NCBI GenBank assembly: GCA_018398765.1
Contig: JAHBMJ010000510.1
Location: 62,001 to 126,000 of the forward strand
Direction of reading: 5' to 3'
Length of the DNA: 64,000 bases
DNA from: Chromera velia
Taxonomy: Eukaryota
The notes beneath the pieces are model-generated. The model was not told the DNA's origin. It did no database searches and worked only from the letters and a program-made list of their open reading frames with translations. Shown here piece after piece: positions 14,031 to 24,930 of this stretch. The number at the start of each line of letters is the position of its first letter. The stretch's first letter is position 1. The translations under genes were made by a program, and so were the position numbers.

Positions 14031-14699
14031 TTTATGAGATTTCAACAAGAATTTTCCCAAATTTTAATTTTACTGTCTTCGGATAGCCGGGCGCTTAAGT
14101 AAACTATTTCCCCCCGGTTGTCCTAATTGCATAAAAATCTATTAAAATTTGTTTAGCGCCAGAGGGGGGGTCTGACGAGCCCCCACTGCCGGGTGACTAC
14201 CCAAAGACAACCAGAGAGACCCCCCGCCCCCCCGGCTACTTTAGACAACATGTGTCTTTATGCCATGCAAGCTGCAAAATGGATGATTGAGGGCTGGAAA
14301 ATAAGTTATGTGCAATGCAAGCTGGGCCTTAGCTGGCCATTTCCAACCCCGCGCGCGCGGGCGGTCCGCGGCCGGGGTCCACGGCGGGCTTACAGCTGCT
14401 GCAACGCGCGGGCCGGCCATCGGCATCCATCGGCAACGATCCGTCATCCTTTCCTTCTGAGCCGTCTCCTGCGAATTGTCACTGTGACTTTTGAGCTGTG
14501 AACTCCTTCACAAGACCTTTTCTTGAAATCGCGGAAGACTGCGAAAGTTCTCCTCTCCTCACACATTTAACTTCAGGAAACACTTTAGCGTTTGGTCTGT
14601 TCGGTTCTCTGGGAGAGTACGTAGAGAGTGAGTCGATCAGAAAAGGAGGGGGAAAACAGGACAGAGAGAGACGTACACGTAGTGGGTAAGAACAAAAGA

Positions 14700-17572
14700 A
14701 TGCGGTTCGTTCTTCTAGCAGCCGTAGCGCCCCTCGTGCTCTTCGGAGTCGAGGCGGCACCCGTCGTGGCAGAGGACAATGCTGCTGCTGCTGTTGAGGC
14801 TGTCAAGGCCCCCGAGCCTGTGACGGTCGAGAATGCTCCTCCTGAGCCTGCACAAACTGAGACTGAAACTGCTCAGCCTGAGGAGGAGACCGCCTCTGCT
14901 CCCCTCTCTGAAGAGGAGGAGAGACATATGATGATCGAAGAGTACGCAACGGAAGTCGGCATGGATGTCGCTTCTTCCATGGAGGTCAGTACAGTTTGGG
15001 AAGGCTTGTGCATTCGAAAACTGTATTCCTTCAAACAGTTTCATTTTTTGGGACATGCTTCCAAGCCGTCTCGGTTCCTCGCCTGCTCTCCCAACAAGTG
15101 AGGCGTGTTTTAGTGTTTGTGCTTGAGAATCTTCTTCTTCCAGTGCGGCTTCGTGATTTTCACTGGAAATAAGGCGTCGGTGCTCTAATGGTATGATCTC
15201 TGGCTTCCACCCAGAGGGTCCGGGTTCGATTCCTGGTCGACGCACATTTTTGTGCTTGGGCGAGGCACCTTGAAACTTCAAATGTCGTCACGCAGAAGTT
15301 GTGCTGCCTTGATACAAAAAGTTGGGAACATCGTTATCGAATGTATTCATTGAGGGAGGCTCCTTTATGGCCACTGTATGCTCTAAAGCGCCTCCTGTTT
15401 TGCTTTGCAGCCGGTTTACCTGAAGGACACCGTGTACGTCCCCACCCTGAACTGGGTTGCCGCCACGAATGAGAAGGGCGAGGAGATGAGCCCTGAGGAG
15501 TTCGAGGAGGCAGAGGCAGAGACAGAGGAGCATGTGGATATCGATCCCGAGCCCCAGGAGGAGGAGGCTGGTAAGTCCTTCCATCGTTTTCCTTTGTGGG
15601 ACAATTCAGACAGAACAAAAGAGGACGCCGCATGCTGAAAAAGAGGGTGAGACGGCTTGGAGTGTGTCAGAGAGATGCAAAAAAACAGTCAAGCGCTTCC
15701 TTCCCTGTGAGGCAACGACAGGAAGGAAGGTCGCTCAGAATAACACGAATTGGACAGTGGCAAACGGATAAATTCGCATTCTGTGTTCATGTTGCGGGAC
15801 GAGAGGTATGTGTGTCTCGCGTGTTTCGTTCTGACAGGTTTCGAAGCAACCACTCAATTCTTGGCCTCTTTACCTCTGTCTCTGAAAGAGGAAGAGAAAC
15901 GAAAACAGACTCTTTTGGTCGTGTCACTGCCTGGTTTTGTCTGCAGAAACTGCCGAAGACAGACACCTCCTCGGATACCGACCTCAGCCTTTCAGACCCG
16001 GAAGTAAGTAAGTCAGGCAGGCGGCAACGCAGTCAGCTGATCAGTCTTCTGTTCCAAAACAAACCAGGCACCTTTTGCTCGTCGATGTTTTTTCTGCCCA
16101 AAGGTCCTTTCAACGGATTCCTCTTGCAGCCCATCTCCATTCTCACCCCTCTGACATCTTATGTCTGTTCTGGTCTGTGTGACTGTTGCAGACTACAACC
16201 CCCCCGGGCTCCGTGGCGGTCTCGGGTACACCCCTAACCCCCCCGGACCTCGCGGTGGCCGTGGCTACGGCTACGGACCCAACCCTCCCGGACCCCGTGG
16301 CGGCATCGGTGTCGGCCGTGGGCGCTTCCGTGGCCTCTATCGTCCCCAGCCCTTCAGGCCTGGAAGTGAGTCAGGCAGACTGGGAGGCAGGCAAGGGGGG
16401 AAGGAAGGCAGTATCATGGTCCCAGTAGGCTGTCATGGGAGTATTTGTGTACGAGGGTGGCGCTTCAAAAGGGCTTCTGCTTTTGCTCTTTTCTTTCCAG
16501 ACGCGCATGCTTTTTGAGGCTTGTGTGGTTGGCAGCTGCGGAAATTGCTTGGTGCTTGAAGTTGAGGCGTGTAGAGATTTGGAGGTTTGTTTCCGTCGCT
16601 TGTTTTGTTCATTTTGTGTGCACTTCTCTGTTTTTTGGCTTGCCAACACGGAAGCGAAGAAGGAAAGCAATTCTGCATCGATTTCATTCCGTTTCCCACC
16701 CCCGTTTTTTGACTGTGGCTTGGTGCAGACTACAACCCCCCCGGGCTCCGTGGCGGTCTCGGGTACACCCCTAACCCCCCCGGACCTCGCGGTGGCCGTG
16801 GCTACGGCTACGGACCCAACCCTCCCGGACCCCGTGGCGGCATCGGTGTCGGCCGTGGGCGCTTCCGTGGCCTCCAGGCCTTCCGCTACAACCCACCCGG
16901 ACCCCGTGGCGGCATTGGGCGCACCCCCAACCCCCCCGGACCTGTCGGCGGCCGCGGCTATGGCTACGGACCCAACCCTCCCGGACCCGTCGGTGGTGTC
17001 GGGGTCGGGCGTCGCCGCGGACTTCAGGGAGACGAGGGAGAGTCCTTCGACGATGTGAACCCCGAGGAGGAAGGGCAGATGACTGACGAGGAAATCGCAG
17101 CAATCGAGGAGGAGGCTATGGACTTGGAGAATTCCTTGAAGGTTAGTTGGAGGAACACGCGTACGCACTGAGAGAGGCAGAGCGACAAGTTTTCAGATGA
17201 GATTCGGAGCAAATGCAAAAAATGACATGCATGCTTGGAAAGCAGTTTTAGAAGGCAAATGCCTTCCACACAAACAATGCAGAACAGGCAAAGTGACTGT
17301 GGTGGTCTCTGAGTGACTCGCTGCTTTGCTATTGCCACCATTTTCTCTCGCATTTCTCACACCACGCTCCCCCCATATCTCTTTCCTTCCCTTTCCTTTT
17401 CATTCAGCCCATCTTCCTGGAGGATCGCGTCCTCGTTCCCGAGATCTCCTGGTCCCCTGTCGGCAACCCCAACGAGAAGATCTCCCAGGACCAGTTCGCA
17501 GAGATGATCGCCGACGTTGAGGCAAAGGCCATCGCTGCAGAGGAGGCAAACGCCCCTCAGCTTCGGATGTAG
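14700..17572 (+). CDS. Secreted precursor protein: signal peptide, acidic domain, Pro/Gly/Arg-rich NPPGPRGG repeats, second acidic domain (6 exons)
   Basis: Exons 14700-14984, 15411-15570, 15947-16003, 16192-16365, 16729-17141 and 17408-17572 splice in frame with GT-AG introns. N-terminus MRFVLLAAVAPLVLFGVEA is signal-peptide-like; stop TAG at 17570. Confidence 0.85.
15174..15244 (+). tRNA. trnG-UCC: tRNA-Gly (anticodon TCC), inside intron 1 of the secreted-protein gene
   Basis: Acceptor stem GCGTCGG/TCGACGC+A, anticodon arm TCTGG-CT-TCC-AC-CCAGA, T arm CCGGG-TTCGATT-CCTGG, downstream TTTTT Pol III terminator. The D stem is weak (C at position 10). Confidence 0.92.
16187..16874 (+). repeat. 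Direct repeat of ~150 bp (16187-16337 vs 16724-16874): duplicated exon start including the splice acceptor
   Basis: The two copies read identically from TGCAGACTACAACC to CGTGGCCTC, offset 537 bp. Confidence 0.93.
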
Positions 17573-19347
17573 AAGGGAAAGGAAGAGAAAGAGAGAACCG
17601 GCATGAGAACGACCTAAAGCGGAAGAATCAAAGCTCATTCTCAAGAGAGATCGAGCTCAAATAAAAAAAGAGAAACGAAGGCAGGCCAGATGGAAAAACA
17701 GTCGTTGAAAGAAAGAGCGTGACCAAAGAAGAAACAGAGCGTGACCGAAGAGACAAAGAAAAGAAGACGGTCTGCTTGACGGGAGTCATTCCTTGCGCAG
17801 CTTTGTTCTTTGTGTCCCTTTTCCTTATGTTCCCTTGTATTGTCGTTAGCAACAGAGCAAGTGCGTGCATGCGTTTGGTGTGTCCTGTCATCTATGAATC
17901 AGGCTGACTGTTTGCTCTTCCCTCCCTGGAAACTCTTCGCGGCAAGAGTTGGCTTCCTTGTTGTTTTTTCCGTTGTCTCAGTCTTCACTGCGTATGCATG
18001 AAGACAGTACAGCCTATAGCATGAAATACACGCGAATGAGTGGGAGAACAGAGACGGAAACACGGACTTATACAAAGTCTTTTCCCTCCTTTTTCTCATG
18101 CACACATGCGTGATCGCGTGAAGACCCATCCAACCAACGGGAAGCTATGCGTCTTCCTGCTTTGGTCACCATGCCTGAATCCGATCGAGTTGGATCTCCG
18201 GATTTGGAGCGTGACAGTGAAGTGAAGGGCGACGCAGGGAACTGTCCCTGCGTGTTTCGTCCATGCACTGCATGTGAAATGGTGTTCGAAAGACAAGTAA
18301 GTTCATGGGACAACGAGTGGGGGCCAGTTCGGCCTTGAGTGTCTGACTGGCTGAACTGTATGCTTAGCTTTCCTCGGGCAGTCCGTGAGGATGAGGTTCA
18401 ACTTGATGTAAGTGTCTTGGAGAGTGGAAACGAAGAAAGGAAACAGAGAAAACGAACAGGCAAGGGAGCCATGGAGCAGGCTTCCGTGTTTTAAGTGCAT
18501 GAAGAAGGAAACGGGAAGCCTTGAAGGAGGCTCCTGTCGACATGCGGAACGAAGTTGAAAGAACGGAAGGAAGGAAGGGTTCACCGTGCTGGGCACAGAG
18601 CTCAGCTCGAGGGCATCATTGCCTGTCCGTCTGTTTACTTATTTGTAAATCTTTTTTGAGAACAGCATCTGCAAGTTTGTTGCGTCCTCGACCATGCATT
18701 TGCCAGTAGTTTCCTTTTGGCAAAGTTCCTTTACAACAGTGCAACTCCCTGCACAAAGCACTGTGACATCTGTCTTCAATTGAGTAACGGTCGTCGGTTC
18801 AAGTCGATCGGTGGCCTTCAATCTTGCCGCCGAAGTTGCCGGTACTTAGTACTGAACAAATAAAGTTGTTGTGTGCCGCGGCTGTGGTGCGTCCCACTCA
18901 GCGGTTCTGGCATGCCCCGGTCAGGCACCTCGCTCACGCATGTACGGGCGCGGGGGCCACGGCTGTATTCAACCCTGAACGGCAGAATAATTGGATCTGC
19001 TTGCTCCTCACTGAGATCGATCCACACTGGTTGAAACCCCTTTTCTCTTCTAGCCCTCTCTGACAGTCCTTGGACTTAAAGCCGGCAGAAGTACCTTCGT
19101 TCACTATGTAGCTATATTTGTTCTAGGCTGCTAGCCACTGAACATAATAAAAGTTGAAAGTCTTGAAATTGAGACCTTACAAGACATTACTCAGCTAGCG
19201 TCTCATACAACTTGAAACCTAAGAAGCTGCTTGGTAAAGTTGGTAAACTGAGGTTATAGTAGTACTGTTATACCTAAGGTTATATAATATAAATGCTATA
19301 ATCTGGACTATAATATTTAAACAAAGCTCATAATATATTGCTAAAGC

Positions 19348-19862
19348 TAGGGTAGGGAAAAAGGTAGGTTATGAAGTTAGGTTATAGGTTATTGGCCCTC
19401 CAGTTATGATAACCGGTCATAACCGGCGGTTAACCGGGTTAACCGGTAAGAGCTGATAAAAACAACATTATAGTTAAAAACAACTTCAAACAAGCAAAAA
19501 ATACTGAAAGCATAATAAAACGGTTGCAAACCTTTGTTATAATAACTGAAAACGTATAAAAAATCATGTCTTTCTTAGTGTGTGGACTATAAACATAATC
19601 AAACAAGTTGTTATATGAATTAAAAATGTTTTTTTATTATGTTTTGGTCCAGGTTTTGGTCGTCTTTCATTTGTTTTCCGTATGTAACATCTGTAAATTT
19701 TTTTTTTAATCACGTTTTTACAGTGAAAAGTTTCAAATTCAGTGAGGAAACTATCTCTACTAAGACATAAAAAGGTTATATAACCGATAGGTTAACCGAA
19801 CCGAAACGCTTTTTGACGGCTAAGTCAGTTCGGTTCGGTTAATAACCTATTTTCCACCCCTG
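19348..19862. mobile_element. Non-autonomous hAT-type DNA transposon (MITE), 515 bp
   Basis: Perfect 8-bp TSD GCTAAAGC at 19340-19347 and 19863-19870. Imperfect TIRs TAGGGTAGGGAAAAAGG / reverse complement CAGGGGTGGAAAATAGG. Subterminal TAACCG/CGGTT repeats; no ORF. Confidence 0.85.
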
Positions 19863-20757
19863 GCTAAAGCAGTCCTCTTACCTATAGGTTGTATAAAAAG
19901 CATATCTAGACGCACATCAAATCTCAAAATGGTGTCTTCCATACTTATATAGGCCGCAGTGAGAAAGAGTTTACATGTATACAGGTTATAGTGTGCACAT
20001 GCAAACATTCACCTATTTAAACACCAGCTTAAACATTATAAGTTAATCATCTAGATGTACGCATTTTGGCATACAGCCTATATGATAAGTAAATTTATAA
20101 ATAAATTATGTGTATAGCAATGATTAATTTTTCCAATTATGATTTATTGAATTATCTCCCTAAATACATGAATTGAATTGAATTAAATTTTATAGATTGA
20201 ATTGAATTGAGGTGGTTAAAGTTGGAGAGTCACCACTCTAGCCACCACTTAGGCTCCGGTCTAAGCTCCGGCCAACTTGAACCCTAGTACCAACTACGGA
20301 GCATGACATGTAATGTTTGTAACCGTTTGTTTGTGAGGCGTTCAAACTTAGGCAGAGAAAAGAATCAAAAGTTGGGACATGGTTAAACGGACTTAGCTAG
20401 ACAATCTGCTAAGAGCTTCATTCCACCCAGATCAAGCCTGAGCCAGAGGTTGAAAGTTCAATATAAAGGCCACCATATCGATCTCGAACACTCTTTGCTT
20501 TCGTCTCTATTCCCCGTCCGGCTGAAGCCGCTACCCATTGTGCTATCGATCTGCACCTGTTGCCTAGCCCATTACTCGATTGTCACACGCCCGCGCGCGC
20601 CTTTATATTTTATGTATAGACCTAGCCATAGACTTATCAAGCTTCCGCGACAAGTTCCGTCTTTCCGAGTCCCCTTCAGTATCTTCATACTCAGTCAGAA
20701 GGTGAATCACATTCTGGACCTTCCTGCTATAAAGCAGACTGGACATGTACAATTCTT

Positions 20758-21239
20758 TAATGAAAAACACAGATCTCTATATAGGGCTATACAGAGATAG
20801 ATAGACGGTCAGACAGATATGACTCGGTCTATCATGATGCAAATCACTGGCATTCACATTTAATGCGATGTCCGGCTACGACACGCACAACTGCTACCTA
20901 CCAGTCAGGTTGTTTCCTACATATGAAGAAGACTATCACTTCTAGTCACTTCATACGTACTTTCTTCCTCCTTCCTTTCACAACGTTGTTCGTATTCAGA
21001 TATACGCACTTCAGGCGTGCATGCACGTCGAATTAATTCATGTGAATTCCAGTACAGAGCTTGACGTAGCCCCCGCTGACTCTATACACGCGTGCGTACA
21101 CCTTGATGCACTCGGGCGGCGTATATTCAGACAGGGCATGCCTTGGCCCCCGTGCATTCATTCATTCTCCGCGCCTTGCTATTGTTTGATTCTTTCTGCC
21201 CCGCTGACTACTCGCTTGGCATCGGTCGGTGCATCATGA
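20758..21239 (-). repeat. 3' LTR
   Basis: Direct repeat of 23407-23888 (offset 2649), about 13 substitutions counted by eye. Confidence 0.93.
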
Positions 21240-22361
21240 AATGCATTCCTTTCTTTTTTCGCGGAGCGAATAGAATTATGACTTTGCATTCCTTTCTCTT
21301 TTTTCTTTTATGCAGATTACACAGAGCAGAACAGACCTTAAACCAATTTAAACAAGCTTGTGAGTTTGTTGAATCAAGACATATGGAGTGCTTAGGCTGT
21401 TGTTTTGATACGTTCTTTTCTTTTCAGGTCAGACACTCATTCTGATATCGAGATTGCTTGCAAATCGGTCCTAGACTCAGCTTTTTTGCTCAACCTGTGC
21501 AGTCATCATGCATGAAATTTCGAATCCTGCTTGACTGTCTGATGACTGCATGATACTGCATGCGGGTATAAGGTCCACAATAATTTTTTTCGGACGAACC
21601 TACATGCTCCTGACTCTTGGTCGATACAAAGAGAAAAAGAGATGAAGAAAGATCAGAAAGAAACCAAAAGGACATGGCTCGACTGAAAGGCGCGACTCTC
21701 TCAATCTGCAGTAGAGATACAGCTCACTCTCGTCAGTCTCTCAAACCAATTGAGAGGATAGTCCTTGAACTCTCACCCTGTCAGTTTTTTCTGCCCTCTT
21801 CTCTGTCGGTCAGCTTGCTTAACGCCCTCTGGATTGGTCTCAGAGTCTTCTTTCAAACCCTCCGTCATTCCTGCTCCAGTGTCCGCCATCTCTCTGCCCT
21901 CTGTCTCTCTCCCTTCTCTCCCTTTCTTTCTTGTCCTGTCTGCGTTGCGGGTTATATCGATTTCGTCCCTCCCCTGTTGCTGCTGCTTTTGAGGCCCTCC
22001 TTCCCAGAGTCCCCATCTGTGTTGCTGCATTTGCATAGGGGTTGGGTACTGGCTAAAATGACCACCAAAGGGCGGTCCTGGCATCTGCATAGGATATGGA
22101 TTAGGTCCTTGTGCATGTTGCCAGGAAGGCATTGGGTTGTATATTTATTGGGGGGGAGGAGGACTTCCGTAGTACTACTGTGGCTGTTGTATCTGAATCA
22201 GATTCTGATGCATGGGGAGTGGGCCTGTGTTACACACAGTAATGCTCATCACTGAGCATCACATACGATTTACGATCATGTGGATGCGGGCGTCTCTCCT
22301 GCATGATCTGCTGTTCTCCTTCGGCATTCACAGAGACCACAGGCTCGTCTGCAAATGACAA

Positions 22362-23312
22362 CTATTCAATCACTGCAGATATTGCACACCACATTTCCCA
22401 TGGAATCGACCTCTTGCACGGGGTGTTTGCTACCCTAGTTGCTACCTCCATTGCTCTGTTTCTGCGTGCTTGAGAGATCGATCCTTCGATGAATGCATGG
22501 CTGAGATCTGTGATGAGGTCCATGTTCTGTCTGTAGTCAAGGAACTTCGTTTTTCCCTTCTCACATCCTTGGATGTCTGCTTCTCTTAGGTGAACCCCGT
22601 CGGGGTAAACGGGGGGTCGGGGGCACTCAGTCTGTGCTAGTTCATCCAGATGGGTTTTGAAATCTGACAGATACTTCGACCAGGTCGCGTCTCTTGACTG
22701 ACCTACAGTCAAAAACTGTCGAAATCTTCTCTCTTTCGCCTTGAACAGAGCAAACTGGGAGATCTTGTTCTTTGCAAAGAGCCAGTGAACAAGGTGGAAC
22801 AGATCGGAATGAAGTGGTGTCTCTCCAGCGTTAGTCACCTGGGCCCAGTCATCAAGTGCTTGCTTGTATGTGGCGTTGTCGATGCACTTTACCACTGCGT
22901 TTACGATTATCTGTCTGACTTCTTGGTTTTCCGGTTCGGTTTCGTTCAATCTGTCACCTGTAAGCCCTGTATCAATGCATAAGAGTCTCATCGCCTCGAG
23001 CATAAGAACGCAGACTTCAGGGTTCTTGCTATTGTACTTCCGCCCCTTGACCTCCTCCTCAAACCTTCGGGTGATCTTTGCTTGAAACTCCTCCCTCACT
23101 TTCTTTCCATTGTCGCCCTTTAACTGTCGGTGCGGGTGGGTCACCAGCAGCTGCTTCAATTCATCTCCACTTACTTCCTTTGGAGGCAGAGCAGGGTCCA
23201 TAGGCTCCAGCTCGGTCTTCCCAATGTAGATGACGGACTTGTCGTAGATGTTCTTGGATCCTGTGACGTAGGTATTCGCACCGGTCCACTTCGTGGGCAG
23301 GAAGCGACCCAT
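22362..23312 (-). CDS. Gag-like ORF (316 aa), followed by a degenerate Gln/Pro/Gly-rich continuation to ~21773
   Basis: First long ORF downstream of the PBS. After TAG at 22362 the frame resumes with further stops and frameshifts into a QP-rich segment. Gag identity rests on position, not on a recognised motif. Confidence 0.6.
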   Translation of the reverse strand: MGRFLPTKWTGANTYVTGSKNIYDKSVIYIGKTELEPMDPALPPKEVSGDELKQLLVTHPHRQLKGDNGKKVREEFQAKITRRFEEEVKGRKYNSKNPEVCVLMLEAMRLLCIDTGLTGDRLNETEPENQEVRQIIVNAVVKCIDNATYKQALDDWAQVTNAGETPLHSDLFHLVHWLFAKNKISQFALFKAKERRFRQFLTVGQSRDATWSKYLSDFKTHLDELAQTECPRPPVYPDGVHLREADIQGCEKGKTKFLDYRQNMDLITDLSHAFIEGSISQARRNRAMEVATRVANTPCKRSIPWEMWCAISAVIE

Positions 23313-23386
23313 CGTCCATCAACGACCTTGAAAGCACTCAAGCGAGAATAGAAAGAGAAAAAAGGAACCGGGGGTCAGGGCTGTCG

Positions 23387-23404
23387 CCCTACTTCCTGTC
23401 ACCA
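23387..23404 (-). other. Primer-binding site TGGTGACAGGAAGTAGGG (complementary to a tRNA 3' end, possibly tRNA-Leu)
   Basis: Plus strand reads CCCTACTTCCTGTCACCA, ending in CCA, 2 nt from the LTR edge. Confidence 0.75.
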
Positions 23405-23406
23405 AT

Positions 23407-23888
23407 TAATAAAAAACACAGATCTCTATATAGGGCTATACAGAGATAGATAGACGGTCAGACAGATATGACTCGGTCTATCATGATGCAAATCACTGGC
23501 ATTCACATTTAGTGCGATGTCCGGCTACGACACGCACAACTGCTACCTACCAGTCAGGTTGTTTCCTACATATGAAGAAGACTGTCACTTCTAGTCACTT
23601 CATACGTACCTTCTTCCTCCTTCCTTTCACAACGTTGTTCATATTCAGATATACGCACTTCAGGCGTGCATGCACGTCGAATTAATTCATGTGAATTCCA
23701 GTACAGAGCTTGACGTGGCCCCCGCTGACTCTATACACGCGTGCGTACACCTTGATGCACTCGGGCGGCGTATATTCAGGCAGGGCATGCCTTGGCCCCC
23801 GTGCATTCATTCATTCTCCGCGCCTTGCTATTGTTCGATTCTTTCTGCCCCGCCGACTGCTCGCTTGGCGTCAGTCGGTGCATCATCA
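23407..23888 (-). repeat. 5' LTR (TG...TA termini on the minus strand)
   Basis: Direct repeat of 20758-21239, adjacent to the PBS. Confidence 0.93.
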
Positions 23889-24622
23889 TTCTTTTCCATT
23901 TCTTCCCCTGGTACAGAGAACTAGACAGAGATTATAGTAATCGTTTTATTTTACATTTCACTCATATCGCAGCATCTTAAATTCACTGGCTCAAGACGGA
24001 CCTAGAGACGGACACTTCTTCAAATTACAGCTAGAATTACAGACTCCAAACTTTTGAACATAAAAACAAAACTACTAGAAAAACTATCTAAAACATAACG
24101 TATTTCATCTACTAGTCAAGAGTTCTTTAATTAAAAGATATAACTGTATTTAGTGGTGCAATGTTTGGTATTTAGTGGTACAATGGTTTGCTGCAGTGCT
24201 AAGGACCCTAAGGTTAATCAAGTCAATTAGATATGCAGCTCCGAAGACTGAGCCGCCACTACATCAATGTGTTCCACCATCCTGCAGCAAGAATGGGGGG
24301 ATGACAGCGTGCTGATCCATCTACACATGTATATTTATTTGCGTATGCTAGCTGTATGAATGACAGCTCATTGTGCCTCCATCGAAGCGTTTCCAGTCCA
24401 GTGTTAAGTCAAATGATCGAGTGAAACGGCAAGTCAGCCTCAAAAACAGAGACACAAAAGCCAAACAGACTGTATTATTCCTTCTCTTTTTCTTTTCTCT
24501 TTTGTTCTTGCCTCTTTTCTTTCTCACGTACTGTACATGCAGCTGGAAACTTCCCTTTTTCACATAAAAATGCAGACAGAGCGAGACAGTTAAACGGAAA
24601 TTATACAGGTTCAAACTCGCAG

Positions 24623-24623
<1 letters not shown>

Positions 24624-24667
<44 letters not shown>

Positions 24668-24716
24668 CACACTCACACTCACACTCACACACACACTCAC
24701 ACACACACACACACAC

Positions 24717-24764
<48 letters not shown>

Positions 24765-24773
24765 AGAGAGAGA
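24624..24773. repeat. Compound (CA)n-(CACACT)n-(GA)n microsatellite
   Basis: Direct reading. Confidence 0.95.
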
Positions 24774-24930
24774 GGCAGTCACACAGGCAGGAGGATCGAC
24801 AAACAAAGATTGAGGCATAAGACAGGCAGACAGAGGGATAGACAGAAAGACAGATCGACGCTGGGATAGACAGATGGAAATGCCAAATTTTCAAATCGGA
24901 CCCGAAATCAGGCAGACCCCCCCTGCCTAC

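Larger units (their letters stand above)
20758..23888 (-). mobile_element. Non-autonomous LTR retrotransposon (3.1 kb) with gag-like ORF only
   Basis: 482-bp LTRs (20758-21239, 23407-23888), 5-bp TSD TTCTT (20753-20757, 23889-23893), PBS 2 nt inside the 5' LTR, purine tract before the 3' LTR (plus-strand 21246-21260). No RT or integrase motifs seen. Confidence 0.9.

Noticed and set aside
13511..14188. Possible hAT element bounded by CAGTGG...CCACTG
   Set aside because: Only 6 bp of inverted match and no target-site duplication.
15138..15168. 8-bp inverted repeat TTCCAGTG/CACTGGAA just upstream of the tRNA
   Set aside because: Too short to distinguish from chance, with no other ncRNA hallmarks.
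16435..17058. Thr/Pro/Ala mucin-like ORF (TTTPPGSVAV...)
   Set aside because: Alternative frame of the NPPGPRGG exons; splice phases of the flanking exons select the Gly/Arg frame.
18639..19063. Short protein-like frames next to the TE island
   Set aside because: No recognisable domain or consistent splice structure; possibly a relic.
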